Of a DNA stretch of 64,000 nucleotides, positions 1-8,903 are shown one piece after another. The position numbers and the translations under genes are program-made. The stretch spans positions 24,601-88,600 of the forward strand of contig CALVLD010000004.1 in assembly GCA_944336475.1 (NCBI GenBank), read 5' to 3'. The stretch is from an uncultured Clostridia bacterium (GTDB lineage: Bacteria > Bacillota > Clostridia > Christensenellales > CAG-138). The notes beneath the pieces are model-generated. The model saw only the letters and a list, made by a program, of their open reading frames with translations. It made no database searches and had not been told where the DNA came from. Each line of letters begins with the position of its first letter. Within the stretch, counting starts at the first letter, position 1.

Positions 1-428
1 GCAGGCTCAAGACCGCCGTCGATGTACACCGCACCTATAAGCGCTTCCAGAGCATCGGAAAGTATGGACGGCTTTGTGCGTCCTCCCGTGTTTTCTTCGC
101 CGTGACTGAGCAAAAGGAAGGATCCGAGCCGGATATTCATTGCAGCTTTGAATAGGGCATTTTCATAAACTGCACGGGCACGCACACGAGTCATCAGCCC
201 TTCGCTCATGTCACGATTATTTATGAACAGATATTCGCTGACTATGAGCTCAAGCACAGCGTCACCCAGAAACTCAAGGCGTTCATTGTGACCTGCGGAG
301 CGATTCTCACCCTTGACGTATGATGTATGTGTGAGAGCGGTGTTCAGTAACTGAATGTCACTAAAGGTATAGCCGATCGTCCGCTGAAGAACATCCAGAC
401 GATCCCTTCTGTTGTCATTGATACGCAT
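1..428 (-). CDS. rnc: Ribonuclease III, N-terminal ~142 codons (gene runs off the left window edge)
   Basis: Own reverse-strand translation from ATG at 428: MRINDNRRDRLDVLQRTIGYTFSDIQLLNTALTHTSY...HNERLEFLGDAVLELIV...ALEALIGAVYIDGG. Contains the RNase III signature NERLEFLGD. Absent from the ORF track because the window edge truncates it. Confidence 0.9.
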   Translation of the reverse strand, partial: MRINDNRRDRLDVLQRTIGYTFSDIQLLNTALTHTSYVKGENRSAGHNERLEFLGDAVLELIVSEYLFINNRDMSEGLMTRVRARAVYENALFKAAMNIRLGSFLLLSHGEENTGGRTKPSILSDALEALIGAVYIDGGLEP

Positions 429-456
429 TTCCCTTCCTCACAAATCAAACCAAAAA

Positions 457-493
457 CCCGCATTGCGGCAGTATTCCATGTCGAATATGCGGG
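457..493 (-). terminator. Possible weak terminator/attenuator between acpP and rnc
   Basis: On the minus strand, CCCGCAT..(23 nt loop)..ATGCGGG is followed by TTTTTGG. The loop is long, so the hairpin is weak. Confidence 0.3.
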
Positions 494-512
494 CGATTGG
501 CATGATTCGGTT

Positions 513-731
513 TTACTTCTGAATGTAGTTCAAAATATCGCCGACGGTCTTAAGACCGACGAGCTCCTCATCGGGTATCTCGATATTGTAGCGCTGCTCA
601 AGATCCATAACGAGCTCGACCACATCAAGAGAATCGGCCTTCAAGTCTTCGATAAGGCGTGTGTCTGCATTAATAGACTCCACAGGAACGCCGAGCTGGG
701 CGGCAAGCGCCTCACGAATTTCATCCAACAT
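513..731 (-). CDS. acpP: Acyl carrier protein
   Basis: 72 aa, MLDEIREALAAQLGV...LKADSLDVVELVMDLEQ, with the phosphopantetheine-attachment DSLD motif. ATG at 731 has AAAGGTGG 8 nt upstream. The track's GTG at 743 has no usable SD spacing. Confidence 0.95.
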   Translation of the reverse strand: MLDEIREALAAQLGVPVESINADTRLIEDLKADSLDVVELVMDLEQRYNIEIPDEELVGLKTVGDILNYIQK

Positions 732-794
732 AGTAATTACCACCTTTCATAGTATCGTCCGGTATTGTAACGCAATTATACGCATATGTCAATC

Positions 795-1805
795 TCAGCT
801 TTTGTCTGATGGCAGTGTGCCGACGCTGCCGCGAATAACCGATATAACATCGTCACCCAATATGTAGTCCCTTGCCATGTGAATTGCAGCACGGAATGAC
901 TTTGCCTTGTTGCTGCCGTGGGCTTTTATAATGCGGCCGTTTACGCCAAGAAATACGGCTCCTCCGTATTCAGTGTAATCCATGCACTTTTTGACCTTTA
1001 TAAATGCTGGCTTAGCAAGTGCAGCCCCGACTTTAGTGCGCAAGCTGCTCATGAGCGAATCCTTGAGCATTGTAAACAGAGCTCCAGCAAACCCCTCTGC
1101 TTCCTTTAAGATTATGTTGCCAGTGAAGCCGTCGCACACAATGATGTCAAAATCACCGCTAAAAATTTCCCTTGCTTCACAGCTTCCCTTAAAGTTGACC
1201 GGTGCGCTTGCAAGCAAGGGGAAAGCTGCCTTAACAAGCTCGTTGCCTTTTGTCTCCTCGGCGCCATTGTTAACAATACCAACAGCAGGCTCAGATCTTC
1301 CGAGCACACCCGACATGTAAGCAGAGGCCATTACCGCAAATTGCGCCAGATGCTCGGGTCTGCAATCAGCATTCGCACCGCAGTCAATGAGCATAAAAGG
1401 CTTCTTAAGCGATGGGATAAGGGGTGCAAGAGCAGGTCGAAGGACCCCTTCAATACGCTTGACCATGAAGGTTGCTCCCGCAAGTACGGCGCCGGTGCTT
1501 CCTGCCGAAATAAGGCAATCGGCTTTTCCCTCTGCCACAAGATTCATTCCGACGACTATTGATGAATTCTTTTTTCTGCGAATAGCGAGGGTGGGCTGTT
1601 CTTCACAGGTGATAACTTCTGGAGCATGGCATATCTCGATGCGGCTCATATCAAAATCGAACTTTTTAATTTCTGCAGAAATTCCTGCTTCATCTCCCGT
1701 GAGTATACAGGTAAAGTCGTCATTGTCCTGCATTGCGAGATAAAGCCCTTCAATAACCGCGGCAGGGGCATTGTCACCGCCGTATGCATCAATGGCAATT
1801 TTCAT
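795..1805 (-). CDS. plsX: Phosphate acyltransferase PlsX
   Basis: MKIAIDAYGGDNAP... is the typical PlsX N-terminus, with similarity along the full length. GGAGG lies 5 nt upstream of the ATG at 1805. Confidence 0.95.
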   Translation of the reverse strand: MKIAIDAYGGDNAPAAVIEGLYLAMQDNDDFTCILTGDEAGISAEIKKFDFDMSRIEICHAPEVITCEEQPTLAIRRKKNSSIVVGMNLVAEGKADCLISAGSTGAVLAGATFMVKRIEGVLRPALAPLIPSLKKPFMLIDCGANADCRPEHLAQFAVMASAYMSGVLGRSEPAVGIVNNGAEETKGNELVKAAFPLLASAPVNFKGSCEAREIFSGDFDIIVCDGFTGNIILKEAEGFAGALFTMLKDSLMSSLRTKVGAALAKPAFIKVKKCMDYTEYGGAVFLGVNGRIIKAHGSNKAKSFRAAIHMARDYILGDDVISVIRGSVGTLPSDKS

Positions 1806-1890
1806 TATGACCTCCGATAAACACATGATAATACCGCACGATTATACAACGTAACGGCAACAATTTCAATCAAATATATTGAAAAATCTC

Positions 1891-1918
1891 TTGACAAAGC
1901 CGCGAGATGGTGTATAAT
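1891..1918 (+). promoter_or_regulatory. Sigma-A type promoter for ylxM-ffh
   Basis: TTGACA (1891-1896), 16-nt spacer, TATAAT (1913-1918), in the divergent intergenic region. Confidence 0.6.
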
Positions 1919-1973
1919 CGGGAGGCTGTAAAGCTGTTTTGCTTTACGGGCATAATTGCTAAATGGTGATCGT

Positions 1974-2330
1974 ATGATTGGCAAGGCCGACATATCAATG
2001 CTTCTGGACTATTATGGCGCTTTTCTTACAGAAAGAAAGCGGGAGCTTATGCGTATGAGTGCGGATGAGGATATGTCTCTTGCGGAGATCGCAGAGGCGG
2101 TCGGAGTCTCCCGGCAAGGGGTAAGGGATGCCATTGCACAGGGGGAAAAACAGCTTCTTAAGTATGAAGCCGGTCTAAAGCTTGTTGAGCGTGACAGGCA
2201 GATGCGTGAGATTATCGGCCGCATTACGTTGCTTATTGAAAAATCTGATATAGCGATATCCGACAGGATGCAGATAGTATCCGAGCTGAACTCGCTCATG
2301 TCGATGATGGAGGACAGAGATGGCGTTTGA
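1974..2330 (+). CDS. ylxM: YlxM/p13-like putative helix-turn-helix protein upstream of ffh
   Basis: MIGKADISMLLDYYGAFLTERKRELMRMSADEDMSLAEIAEAVGVSRQGVRDAI resembles the UPF0122/YlxM pattern. Position immediately 5' of ffh is conserved, and the stop overlaps the ffh start. Confidence 0.85.
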   Translation: MIGKADISMLLDYYGAFLTERKRELMRMSADEDMSLAEIAEAVGVSRQGVRDAIAQGEKQLLKYEAGLKLVERDRQMREIIGRITLLIEKSDIAISDRMQIVSELNSLMSMMEDRDGV

Positions 2331-3660
2331 GGGTCTTTCTTCAAAGCTCCAAAACATATTCAAAAAGCTGGGCAATAGAGGCAAGCTTTCCGAGCGTGAC
2401 GTTAAGGATGCAATGCGCGAGGTCAAACTTGCACTGCTCGAGGCCGATGTAAACTATACCGTTGTCAAGGGCTTTATCAGCAAGGTCTCCGACAGATGCG
2501 TTGGCTCTGCCGTGCTCGAAAGTCTCACGCCTGCGCAACAGGTCATAAAGATCGTCAACGAGGAACTTACGGCTCTCATGGGCGGTCAGGCGGCAAGGCT
2601 CGATTATGGCTCCAAACGGCCGTCAGTTTTCCTGCTTGCAGGTCTGCAGGGTGCGGGAAAGACGACAATGGCAGGCAAACTGGCAGGATGGCTCAAAAAG
2701 AATCAGAGTAAGAATGCACTCCTTGTTGCCTGCGACGTATACAGACCTGCTGCCGTTAAGCAGCTGCAAGTAGTTGGCGAGAAGGTCGGCATACCGGTGT
2801 TTGAACGCGGGCAAAGCGATCCGGTAGAGACCGCAAAGCTCGCAATCGAATATGCGGAGAGACACTTTCTCGATGTCGTAATTATCGATACTGCAGGTCG
2901 TCTGCATATCGATGAGACCATGATGGATGAAATTGCCAATATTCGGGATGCAACTTCTCCGTCGGAGATACTTCTCGTGGTCGATGCAATGACGGGGCAG
3001 GATGCGGTTAACGTTGCAAAATCCTTCCATGAGAAGCTGGCATTGACTGGCGTCATCCTTACAAAGCTTGACGGTGATACCAGAGGCGGCGCAGCACTCT
3101 CTGTTCGTGAGGTCACCGGCAAGCCCATTAAGTTCTCCGGCACAGGAGAAAAGCTGACCGATATTGAGGTTTTCCATCCTGAAAGGATGGCGTCCCGCAT
3201 ACTGGGCATGGGCGATATGCTCTCCCTTATTGAAAAGGCCGAGCAGGCTTATGACGAGAAAAAAGCGGCTGAGCTTACCAAGAAGATCCGGAATGACGAG
3301 TTTACGTTGGATGACTTCCTTGAGCAGTTTGAGCAGGTCAAGAATATGGGCTCGTTTGAGGATATACTTGGCATGGTGCCAGGCGTAAATGCTTCTCAAC
3401 TCCAGGGAGTGACAGTGGACACAAAGGCGGTCGCACATATGGAGGCAATAATCAAGTCCATGACCCCATATGAGAGGCGCAAGCCGGAGGCGCTCAATGC
3501 TAGCCGTAAACGCCGCATTGCAAGGGGCAGTGGCACCACCGTGCAGGAGATCAACCGTCTACTTAAACAATTTGAGCAGACCCGTCAGATGATGAAGCAG
3601 TTCACGGGCGGCAAGTTCAAAGGAAAGAAAAAGGGCAAACGAGGCTTTTTCGGCTTCTGA
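2320..3660 (+). CDS. ffh: Signal recognition particle protein Ffh
   Basis: SRP54 GTPase motifs GLQGAGKTT, DTAGR and TKLDGD. Met-rich M domain and Lys/Gly-rich C-terminus. Confidence 0.97.
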   Translation: MAFEGLSSKLQNIFKKLGNRGKLSERDVKDAMREVKLALLEADVNYTVVKGFISKVSDRCVGSAVLESLTPAQQVIKIVNEELTALMGGQAARLDYGSKRPSVFLLAGLQGAGKTTMAGKLAGWLKKNQSKNALLVACDVYRPAAVKQLQVVGEKVGIPVFERGQSDPVETAKLAIEYAERHFLDVVIIDTAGRLHIDETMMDEIANIRDATSPSEILLVVDAMTGQDAVNVAKSFHEKLALTGVILTKLDGDTRGGAALSVREVTGKPIKFSGTGEKLTDIEVFHPERMASRILGMGDMLSLIEKAEQAYDEKKAAELTKKIRNDEFTLDDFLEQFEQVKNMGSFEDILGMVPGVNASQLQGVTVDTKAVAHMEAIIKSMTPYERRKPEALNASRKRRIARGSGTTVQEINRLLKQFEQTRQMMKQFTGGKFKGKKKGKRGFFGF

Positions 3661-3733
3661 TGCAAAACCCGATTGCCATTATCGGCACTGCCGAATGGAT
3701 AGATAAGCATATAACACTTAGGAGGAAACAAAA

Positions 3734-3976
3734 ATGTTGAAAATCAGGCTTCGCCGTATGGGTGCAAAGAAGGCTCCCTTTTACCGTATCGTGGTTGCGG
3801 ATTCCCGTGCGCCCCGTGATGGTGCTTTCGTTGAGGAAATCGGTTATTATAATCCTCTGACCGATCCTGCAACCGTTATGGTTGACGGCGATAAGGCTCG
3901 TGAGTGGATCAAGAACGGCGCTCAGCCAACCGATACCGTCCGTGGCTTGTTCAAGAAGAACGGCGTCATCGAGTAA
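3734..3976 (+). CDS. rpsP: 30S ribosomal protein S16
   Basis: [30 protein letters not shown] is the canonical S16 N-terminus. AGGAGG lies upstream. Confidence 0.97.
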   Translation: MLKIRLRRMGAKKAPFYRIVVADSRAPRDGAFVEEIGYYNPLTDPATVMVDGDKAREWIKNGAQPTDTVRGLFKKNGVIE

Positions 3977-3985
3977 TCCGAGGTT

Positions 3986-4252
3986 GTGTTCCATATGGAA
4001 GAAAACATCATCGTAAACGATGGCATGGCCTCACTGGTCGAGTATATTGCTCGCAATCTGGTAGATGCACCCGAAGAGGTCAAGGTTACGGCAAAGCAGG
4101 GCGAAGAAGCCATCATAATCGAGCTTAACGTCGCAAAGGAGGATATGGGTAAGGTCATAGGCAAACAGGGGCGTATCGCGAAGGCGATTCGTACCGTTGT
4201 CCGTGCCGCATCCGTAAAATCCGAGGCTAAGTACATGGTAGAGATAGTCTGA
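3986..4252 (+). CDS. khpA: KH-domain RNA-binding protein (YlqC/KhpA family)
   Basis: About 85 aa with the KH GXXG loop VIGKQGRIAKAIRTVV. Conserved position between rpsP and rimM. The start is uncertain (GTG 3986 or ATG 3995). Confidence 0.85.
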   Translation: MFHMEENIIVNDGMASLVEYIARNLVDAPEEVKVTAKQGEEAIIIELNVAKEDMGKVIGKQGRIAKAIRTVVRAASVKSEAKYMVEIV

Positions 4253-4256
4253 CGCT

Positions 4257-4772
4257 ATGGATTACTTCCGTGTTGCATCAATAATCAAGCCTCATGGTGT
4301 AAGGGGAGAGGTCAAGGTGTATCCCCTTACCGATGATGTTTCAAGATTTAAACATCTGCGTGAGGCTTATATTGAGCGTAGCGGGGAGTATCAACCCATA
4401 AGCATTGTGGGCGCAAAGCTGATGAAGGAGTGTGTTGTCCTTCAGATAGCCGGCTTTACAACCCCGGAGCAGGCGGAGCAATTGAGGGGACTCTACCTCT
4501 GCGTCGACAGGGAGCATGCCGTTAAGCTCCCGGAGGGATGCTACTTTGTCAGTGATATGATTGGGTGTTCCGTGCTGTCCACCGATGGGCTACTGCTTGG
4601 TGAGCTGACTGATGTGCTTGAAACAAACGCAAACGACGTTTATGTCATCAGAGGCGAGCACAGCATGCTTGTGCCAGCGCTGAAAAAGCTGATAAACACT
4701 GTTGATATTTCGGCAAAAAGAATTATTCTAAATGCCGACGTGCTGTCGGAGGTTGCTCTGCTTGAGGATTGA
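4257..4772 (+). CDS. rimM: 16S rRNA processing protein RimM
   Basis: IKPHGVRGEVKVYPLTDD is the RimM N-terminal motif, followed by a PRC-barrel C-terminal part. Synteny supports the call. Confidence 0.9.
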   Translation: MDYFRVASIIKPHGVRGEVKVYPLTDDVSRFKHLREAYIERSGEYQPISIVGAKLMKECVVLQIAGFTTPEQAEQLRGLYLCVDREHAVKLPEGCYFVSDMIGCSVLSTDGLLLGELTDVLETNANDVYVIRGEHSMLVPALKKLINTVDISAKRIILNADVLSEVALLED

Positions 4773-5502
4773 TATTCTGACACTGTTTCCCGAAATGTTT
4801 GAGGGCGTTCTTCACTCCAGCATGCTCGGCCGTGCAGAGGAGAAGGGCGTGCTGAGTTTCAGCGTCCACAATATAAGGGACTATTCTGAAAGCAAGCACA
4901 AGAACACCGATGACTATGCTTTTGGCGGTGGAGCTGGCATGGTGATGATGCCGCAGCCGATATTCGATTGTATGGATGCCGTGTTGGCAGGGGAGACCGC
5001 CAGGCGCATACTCATGTCACCGAGAGGCAGAACGTTGACGCCGGAGCTTGCAAGAGAGCTGTCGAATGAGGAACGTATCGTTATACTTGCCGGTCACTAC
5101 GAGGGTATTGATGAACGTGTGTCGGAGCTCATCGATGATGAGATTTCGATAGGCGATTACGTTCTTACGGGCGGAGAGCTGCCGGCCATGGTGCTTGTTG
5201 ACTGCATTGCAAGATTTGTTCCGGATGTGTTGGGCTGCGCAATGTCCGCCGAGGATGAGAGCTTTTCAAACGATGGATTGTTGGAATATCCGCAGTATAC
5301 TCGTCCTGCAAACTTTAGGGGAAGACTTGTGCCTGAGGTACTGCTCAGCGGCAACCACGCAAAAATAGCCGAATGGAGGCGACAGCAATCCATCATTAAG
5401 ACCAAGCGGGTTCGCCCGGAGTTGTTGGACAGAGCCGAGCTCTCGAAAAAGGACAAAGATTTCCTTTGCTCGCTTGAGGAGTCAGAACAAAATATACATT
5501 GA
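4762..5502 (+). CDS. trmD: tRNA (guanine37-N1)-methyltransferase TrmD
   Basis: A TTG at 4762 gives [15 protein letters not shown], the canonical TrmD N-terminus. GGAGG lies 9 nt upstream. The track's ATG at 4732 adds a non-conserved extension. Confidence 0.95.
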   Translation: MRIDILTLFPEMFEGVLHSSMLGRAEEKGVLSFSVHNIRDYSESKHKNTDDYAFGGGAGMVMMPQPIFDCMDAVLAGETARRILMSPRGRTLTPELARELSNEERIVILAGHYEGIDERVSELIDDEISIGDYVLTGGELPAMVLVDCIARFVPDVLGCAMSAEDESFSNDGLLEYPQYTRPANFRGRLVPEVLLSGNHAKIAEWRRQQSIIKTKRVRPELLDRAELSKKDKDFLCSLEESEQNIH

Positions 5503-5519
5503 TTATCCAAAGATTTCTC

Positions 5520-5548
5520 TTGATATCTTCGGATGAGTGTGGTAGAAT
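5520..5548 (+). promoter_or_regulatory. Sigma-A promoter (extended -10) for rplS
   Basis: TTGATA (5520-5525), 17-nt spacer, TGg-TAGAAT (5540-5548). This leaves a leader of about 60 nt before rplS. Confidence 0.6.
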
Positions 5549-5615
5549 CCACGGGTTAATGCGATGGTCCTACAGTCATCCTGGCTGCGAACATCTGAAT
5601 AAGAAAGGGAATATT

Positions 5616-5969
5616 ATGGCAAACATCATTCAGGAACTTGAAAAAGAGCAGCTTCGCACAGATCTGCCCAAGCTGCAAATCGGCGACACGGTGCGTGTTT
5701 ACGTTAAGGTCGTTGAGGGTACTCGCGAGCGTCTTCAGAACTTTGAGGGTATAGTCATCAAGATGCAAGGTGGCGGCATCCGCAAGACCTTTACCGTTCG
5801 CCGCATGAGCTACGGCATCGGTGTTGAGAGGACCTTCCCGTATCACAGCCCACGCATCGGCCACATCGAAGTTGTCCGTCACGGTGTCGTGCGTCGTGCT
5901 AAGCTCTATTACATCCGTAAGCGTTCCGGTAAGGCCGCCAAGATCAAAGAGCGCATCGTCGTCAAATAA
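5616..5969 (+). CDS. rplS: 50S ribosomal protein L19
   Basis: [35 protein letters not shown] is the canonical L19 sequence. AAGAAAGGGA lies upstream of the ATG at 5616. Confidence 0.97.
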   Translation: MANIIQELEKEQLRTDLPKLQIGDTVRVYVKVVEGTRERLQNFEGIVIKMQGGGIRKTFTVRRMSYGIGVERTFPYHSPRIGHIEVVRHGVVRRAKLYYIRKRSGKAAKIKERIVVK

Positions 5970-6031
5970 TCGAACCAACCGTATTGCCCCCTTCGTCCTT
6001 TGGCGTTGGGGGTGTTCTTCTATGAAAGCGT

Positions 6032-6919
6032 ATGCAGAACATAAACTGGTATCCCGGCCATATGGCCAAAACAAGGCGACAGCTTGAGGAGGATCTCAAA
6101 CTCATCGATGTTGTTGTCGAGATAGTTGATGCTCGTGCACCCTCAGCATGTAGGAATCCCGATTTTGAGCAACTGTTTAAGAACAAGCGCCGTGTCATTT
6201 TTCTGAATAAGAGCGATCTGGCTTCTCCCCCATGTACGCATGAGTGGATGCGATTCTACGCAAAGCAAGGGATATCTGCGGTCGAGTATGTGTCCATTGG
6301 CGGTCAATCCAAAAAGTTGGCCATTACGGAGATAGAAAGGGCTGGGGAGGACATACTTGAAAAGTATAAATCCAGAGGGATATCAAAAACACTTCGGGCG
6401 ATGGTGGTTGGCATTCCCAATGTTGGCAAATCAACGTTCACGAACAGGATTGCAGGCACGTCAAAAGCCCAGGTTGGAGACCGACCCGGCGTAACACGCA
6501 GCAAACAATGGGTCAAGATATCCCCGTACTTGGAGCTTATGGATACTCCGGGTATGCTTTGGGCACGGATGGATGACCTGAGGTCTGCGCATCATCTTGC
6601 ATACATTGGCTCGATCCGAGACGATATACTCGATGTTGAGGAGCTTGCAGCAGACCTGTTGGCGGAGCTGATGGCGCTATGCCCTGATGCGCTGATAAGG
6701 CGCTATAGCAAGCTATCTCAAGAAATGTCTCCGGCTGAGCTGCTTTATGGCGTATGCGCAAGCAGGGGATTCGTACTTTCAAAGGGCGTTTACGATACAG
6801 AGCGTGCAGCACGGATTGTCCTTGATGAATTCCGCGCAGGTAAGATAGCCAGGGTAACTTTTGAACAACCGACGGATGAGAACGAAATGGCGGTACAGTA
6901 TGAGGGCAAGGATATCTGA
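6032..6919 (+). CDS. rbgA: Ribosome biogenesis GTPase A (YlqF/RbgA)
   Basis: MQNINWYPGHMAKTRR N-terminus. Circularly permuted GTPase with NKSDL preceding GIPNVGKST. Confidence 0.93.
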   Translation: MQNINWYPGHMAKTRRQLEEDLKLIDVVVEIVDARAPSACRNPDFEQLFKNKRRVIFLNKSDLASPPCTHEWMRFYAKQGISAVEYVSIGGQSKKLAITEIERAGEDILEKYKSRGISKTLRAMVVGIPNVGKSTFTNRIAGTSKAQVGDRPGVTRSKQWVKISPYLELMDTPGMLWARMDDLRSAHHLAYIGSIRDDILDVEELAADLLAELMALCPDALIRRYSKLSQEMSPAELLYGVCASRGFVLSKGVYDTERAARIVLDEFRAGKIARVTFEQPTDENEMAVQYEGKDI

Positions 6920-7532
6920 ATCGAAGCGCCTTTTTTTGCTCACGGAGAATGAGCGACCCCTATGGAGCGATAATCTTGTTGTAGCAGGCATGGATGAAGT
7001 CGGGCGGGGCCCCTTAGCAGGGCCTGTTGTGGCGTGCTGTCTCATAATGCCGCCCAAGCCGCTTGTTGAAGGCATAAATGACTCTAAAAAGCTGTCTGCG
7101 AAGAAGCGCAGCAGCCTCTATGATACCATACTCAAAACCGCCGCGGCTGTCGGCTTCGGATGGGTGTTTGAGTCGGATATTGATAGGCTCAATATACTTA
7201 ATGCAACAAGGCTTGCCTTTGAACTTGCGTATGAGGACATGCAAGCAAACTGCGACGTCGCCCTGATCGATGCCGTGAAAGGGCTCGCTCTTCCATGCAA
7301 ACAGATACCCATAATTCATGGCGATGTGCTGTCGTATTCTATCGCCGCTGCATCTATCGTCGCCAAGGTAACGAGGGACAGGTATATGGAGGGCATGGAC
7401 AGCAGGTATCCGGAGTATCACTTTTCTAATAACAAGGGCTATGGTACTGCCGAGCATATCGAGGCTCTTCGCATATATGGCCCCTGTCCGATACACAGAA
7501 CAACATTTATAGGCAAGTTTGTTTCAAGATGA
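6900..7532 (+). CDS. rnhB: Ribonuclease HII
   Basis: VAGMDEVGRGPLAGPVVA active-site motif. The start is chosen at ATG 6900, about 30 aa before the DEVGRG motif. The track's ATG at 6861 is also possible. Confidence 0.9.
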   Translation: MRARISESKRLFLLTENERPLWSDNLVVAGMDEVGRGPLAGPVVACCLIMPPKPLVEGINDSKKLSAKKRSSLYDTILKTAAAVGFGWVFESDIDRLNILNATRLAFELAYEDMQANCDVALIDAVKGLALPCKQIPIIHGDVLSYSIAAASIVAKVTRDRYMEGMDSRYPEYHFSNNKGYGTAEHIEALRIYGPCPIHRTTFIGKFVSR

Positions 7533-7906
7533 GCAGGCACGGGAGGACACTGAAGCGCAAGCTCGGGGATATCGGGGAGCGAAGAACCGCATGGTACTTG
7601 CTTCTGCATGGCTATCGCGTGCTTGAAAGAAACTATCGCTTCGGTCATAAGGAAGTAGACATAATTGCACGCAAGGGTAATCTGATAGCCTTTGTTGAGG
7701 TCAAGTCACGTTCCGATTGTTTGCAGACAAGACCTCAGACAGCTGTAACTGCAAAAAAGCAGAAGAACATAATAGCTGCCGCAAAAGCCTATGCAAAAAG
7801 TAGCGGAGCCACAAAGCACATACTTCGGTTTGACGTTGCCGAGTATGATCTCTCAACCAAAAAACTCACCTATATAAAGAATGCATTCACCGACGGCCTA
7901 TACTGA
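7529..7906 (+). CDS. yraN: YraN-family (UPF0102) endonuclease-like protein
   Basis: 125 aa, GERRTAWYLLLHGYRVLERNYR..HKEVDIIA...FVEVKSR. Conserved position after rnhB, with an ATGA start/stop overlap. Confidence 0.85.
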   Translation: MSRHGRTLKRKLGDIGERRTAWYLLLHGYRVLERNYRFGHKEVDIIARKGNLIAFVEVKSRSDCLQTRPQTAVTAKKQKNIIAAAKAYAKSSGATKHILRFDVAEYDLSTKKLTYIKNAFTDGLY

Positions 7907-7988
7907 TAACGAGGTATCGACCATGGATGAATGCTGACATGGAAATCAAAAGGCCGGCTCACTGAAATCAAGCGTGCGCCTTTGTGCG

Positions 7989-8711
7989 TCAATCGGTGAT
8001 CCCGTTGGACACGGTCTCCGTCCTGTTGTTGTCTACGGCCTTTTTCTTTTTGATTATGGAGAAATAGCCGATCGAAACGGCAATAAATGCACCTGCGAAA
8101 TCGACCATAAGATCCGTCATTGTATCACTCAAGGCATCGTGTCCGGTAAGTACCGTTCCATCTGCAAGGCGGAACTTTTGCATGTTTGTCAAAAGTATGC
8201 TGTCCGCCAGATACTCATATACCTCCCACAGAACGCCTATTGTGACTGCAAAGCAAAGTGAAAACAGGCATACGAATACCGGTCCTAGGTTGACGGCTAC
8301 ACGATTGGCCTGGTTGAGCTGCCTGACTATCAGAAAACCAAGGCAACCGAGCATGCCGCCGCTAAATACATGAAGATAAATATCCCAGTGTGGGACGACA
8401 TAGAAAAAGTTTCTAACTTCACCGAGATATATCCCGCAATACAGGAACACAAAGTACAGTATGTACATGTAGTCGGGGATTGGCAGTGTCCATTTCCGCT
8501 TCAGAAACGTTGGAAGAAACATGACGATTAAGCCGACGATACATTCCAGAAGCATAAGGACGTAGTCACTGCGTACATATTCGGCTTCACTTCCTCCGGT
8601 GAGCGGAGAAGTAACAATCCCGTAGATGGAATAGCCAATTGATAGAACCAGAGTAACGGCAAGTATTATGGCAACGATATCCTTTGCCTTCAGCTTGTGC
8701 TTTGTCTTCAT
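7989..8711 (-). CDS. Multi-pass integral membrane protein of unknown function
   Basis: 240 aa with about six hydrophobic segments. GAGGTG lies upstream of the ATG at 8711. I could not assign a family with confidence. Transcribed divergently from the glycosylation cluster. Confidence 0.7.
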   Translation of the reverse strand: MKTKHKLKAKDIVAIILAVTLVLSIGYSIYGIVTSPLTGGSEAEYVRSDYVLMLLECIVGLIVMFLPTFLKRKWTLPIPDYMYILYFVFLYCGIYLGEVRNFFYVVPHWDIYLHVFSGGMLGCLGFLIVRQLNQANRVAVNLGPVFVCLFSLCFAVTIGVLWEVYEYLADSILLTNMQKFRLADGTVLTGHDALSDTMTDLMVDFAGAFIAVSIGYFSIIKKKKAVDNNRTETVSNGITD

Positions 8712-8867
8712 GATAACACCTCATCCAGTTATGCTAATGATATTACCATACGCATAATATCAGCGCAATTGATACTTTATGCAGATATGTAAATTATCTT
8801 GTAAAAAAATGATGGCAATAGCTCAGGTATATACGCTGTGTAGGTGCTGTTCAATTTGTAAAAGATG

Positions 8868-8876
8868 TGTTATAAT
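8868..8876 (+). promoter_or_regulatory. Extended -10 element upstream of the first GT-C gene
   Basis: TGtTATAAT at 8868-8876. The -35 is poor (TGTTCA). This would give a leader of about 20 nt before the ATG at 8904. Confidence 0.35.
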
Positions 8877-8903
8877 AGAATCATCGAATATTTGGAGATG
8901 CCT

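Noticed and set aside
2623-3438. 271-aa ORF antisense to ffh. Similar long antisense ORFs occur at 24570-25346, 26266-26748, 28525-29190, 32228-32824, 39220-39768, 40524-41144 and 59274-59777.
   Set aside because: Each lies entirely inside a strongly supported gene on the opposite strand. Their translations are low-complexity (Ser/Arg/Cys/Leu-rich), and none has a recognisable motif or SD. They are shadow ORFs.
5549-5615. Possible L19 (rplS) autoregulatory leader RNA between the rplS promoter and the start codon.
   Set aside because: The position is right, but I could not reproduce the L19-leader secondary structure by eye. A covariance-model scan is needed.
5987-6020. Terminator after rplS (CCCCC..16 nt..GGGGG followed by tgttcttct).
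   Set aside because: The G/C stem is short, the loop is large and the T-tract is interrupted. rbgA follows closely and may be co-transcribed.
7907-7988. Terminator between the convergent yraN and membrane-protein genes (AAAGGC...GCCTTT).
   Set aside because: The stem is 6 bp with a 23-nt loop and no clear T-tract, which is too weak to report.
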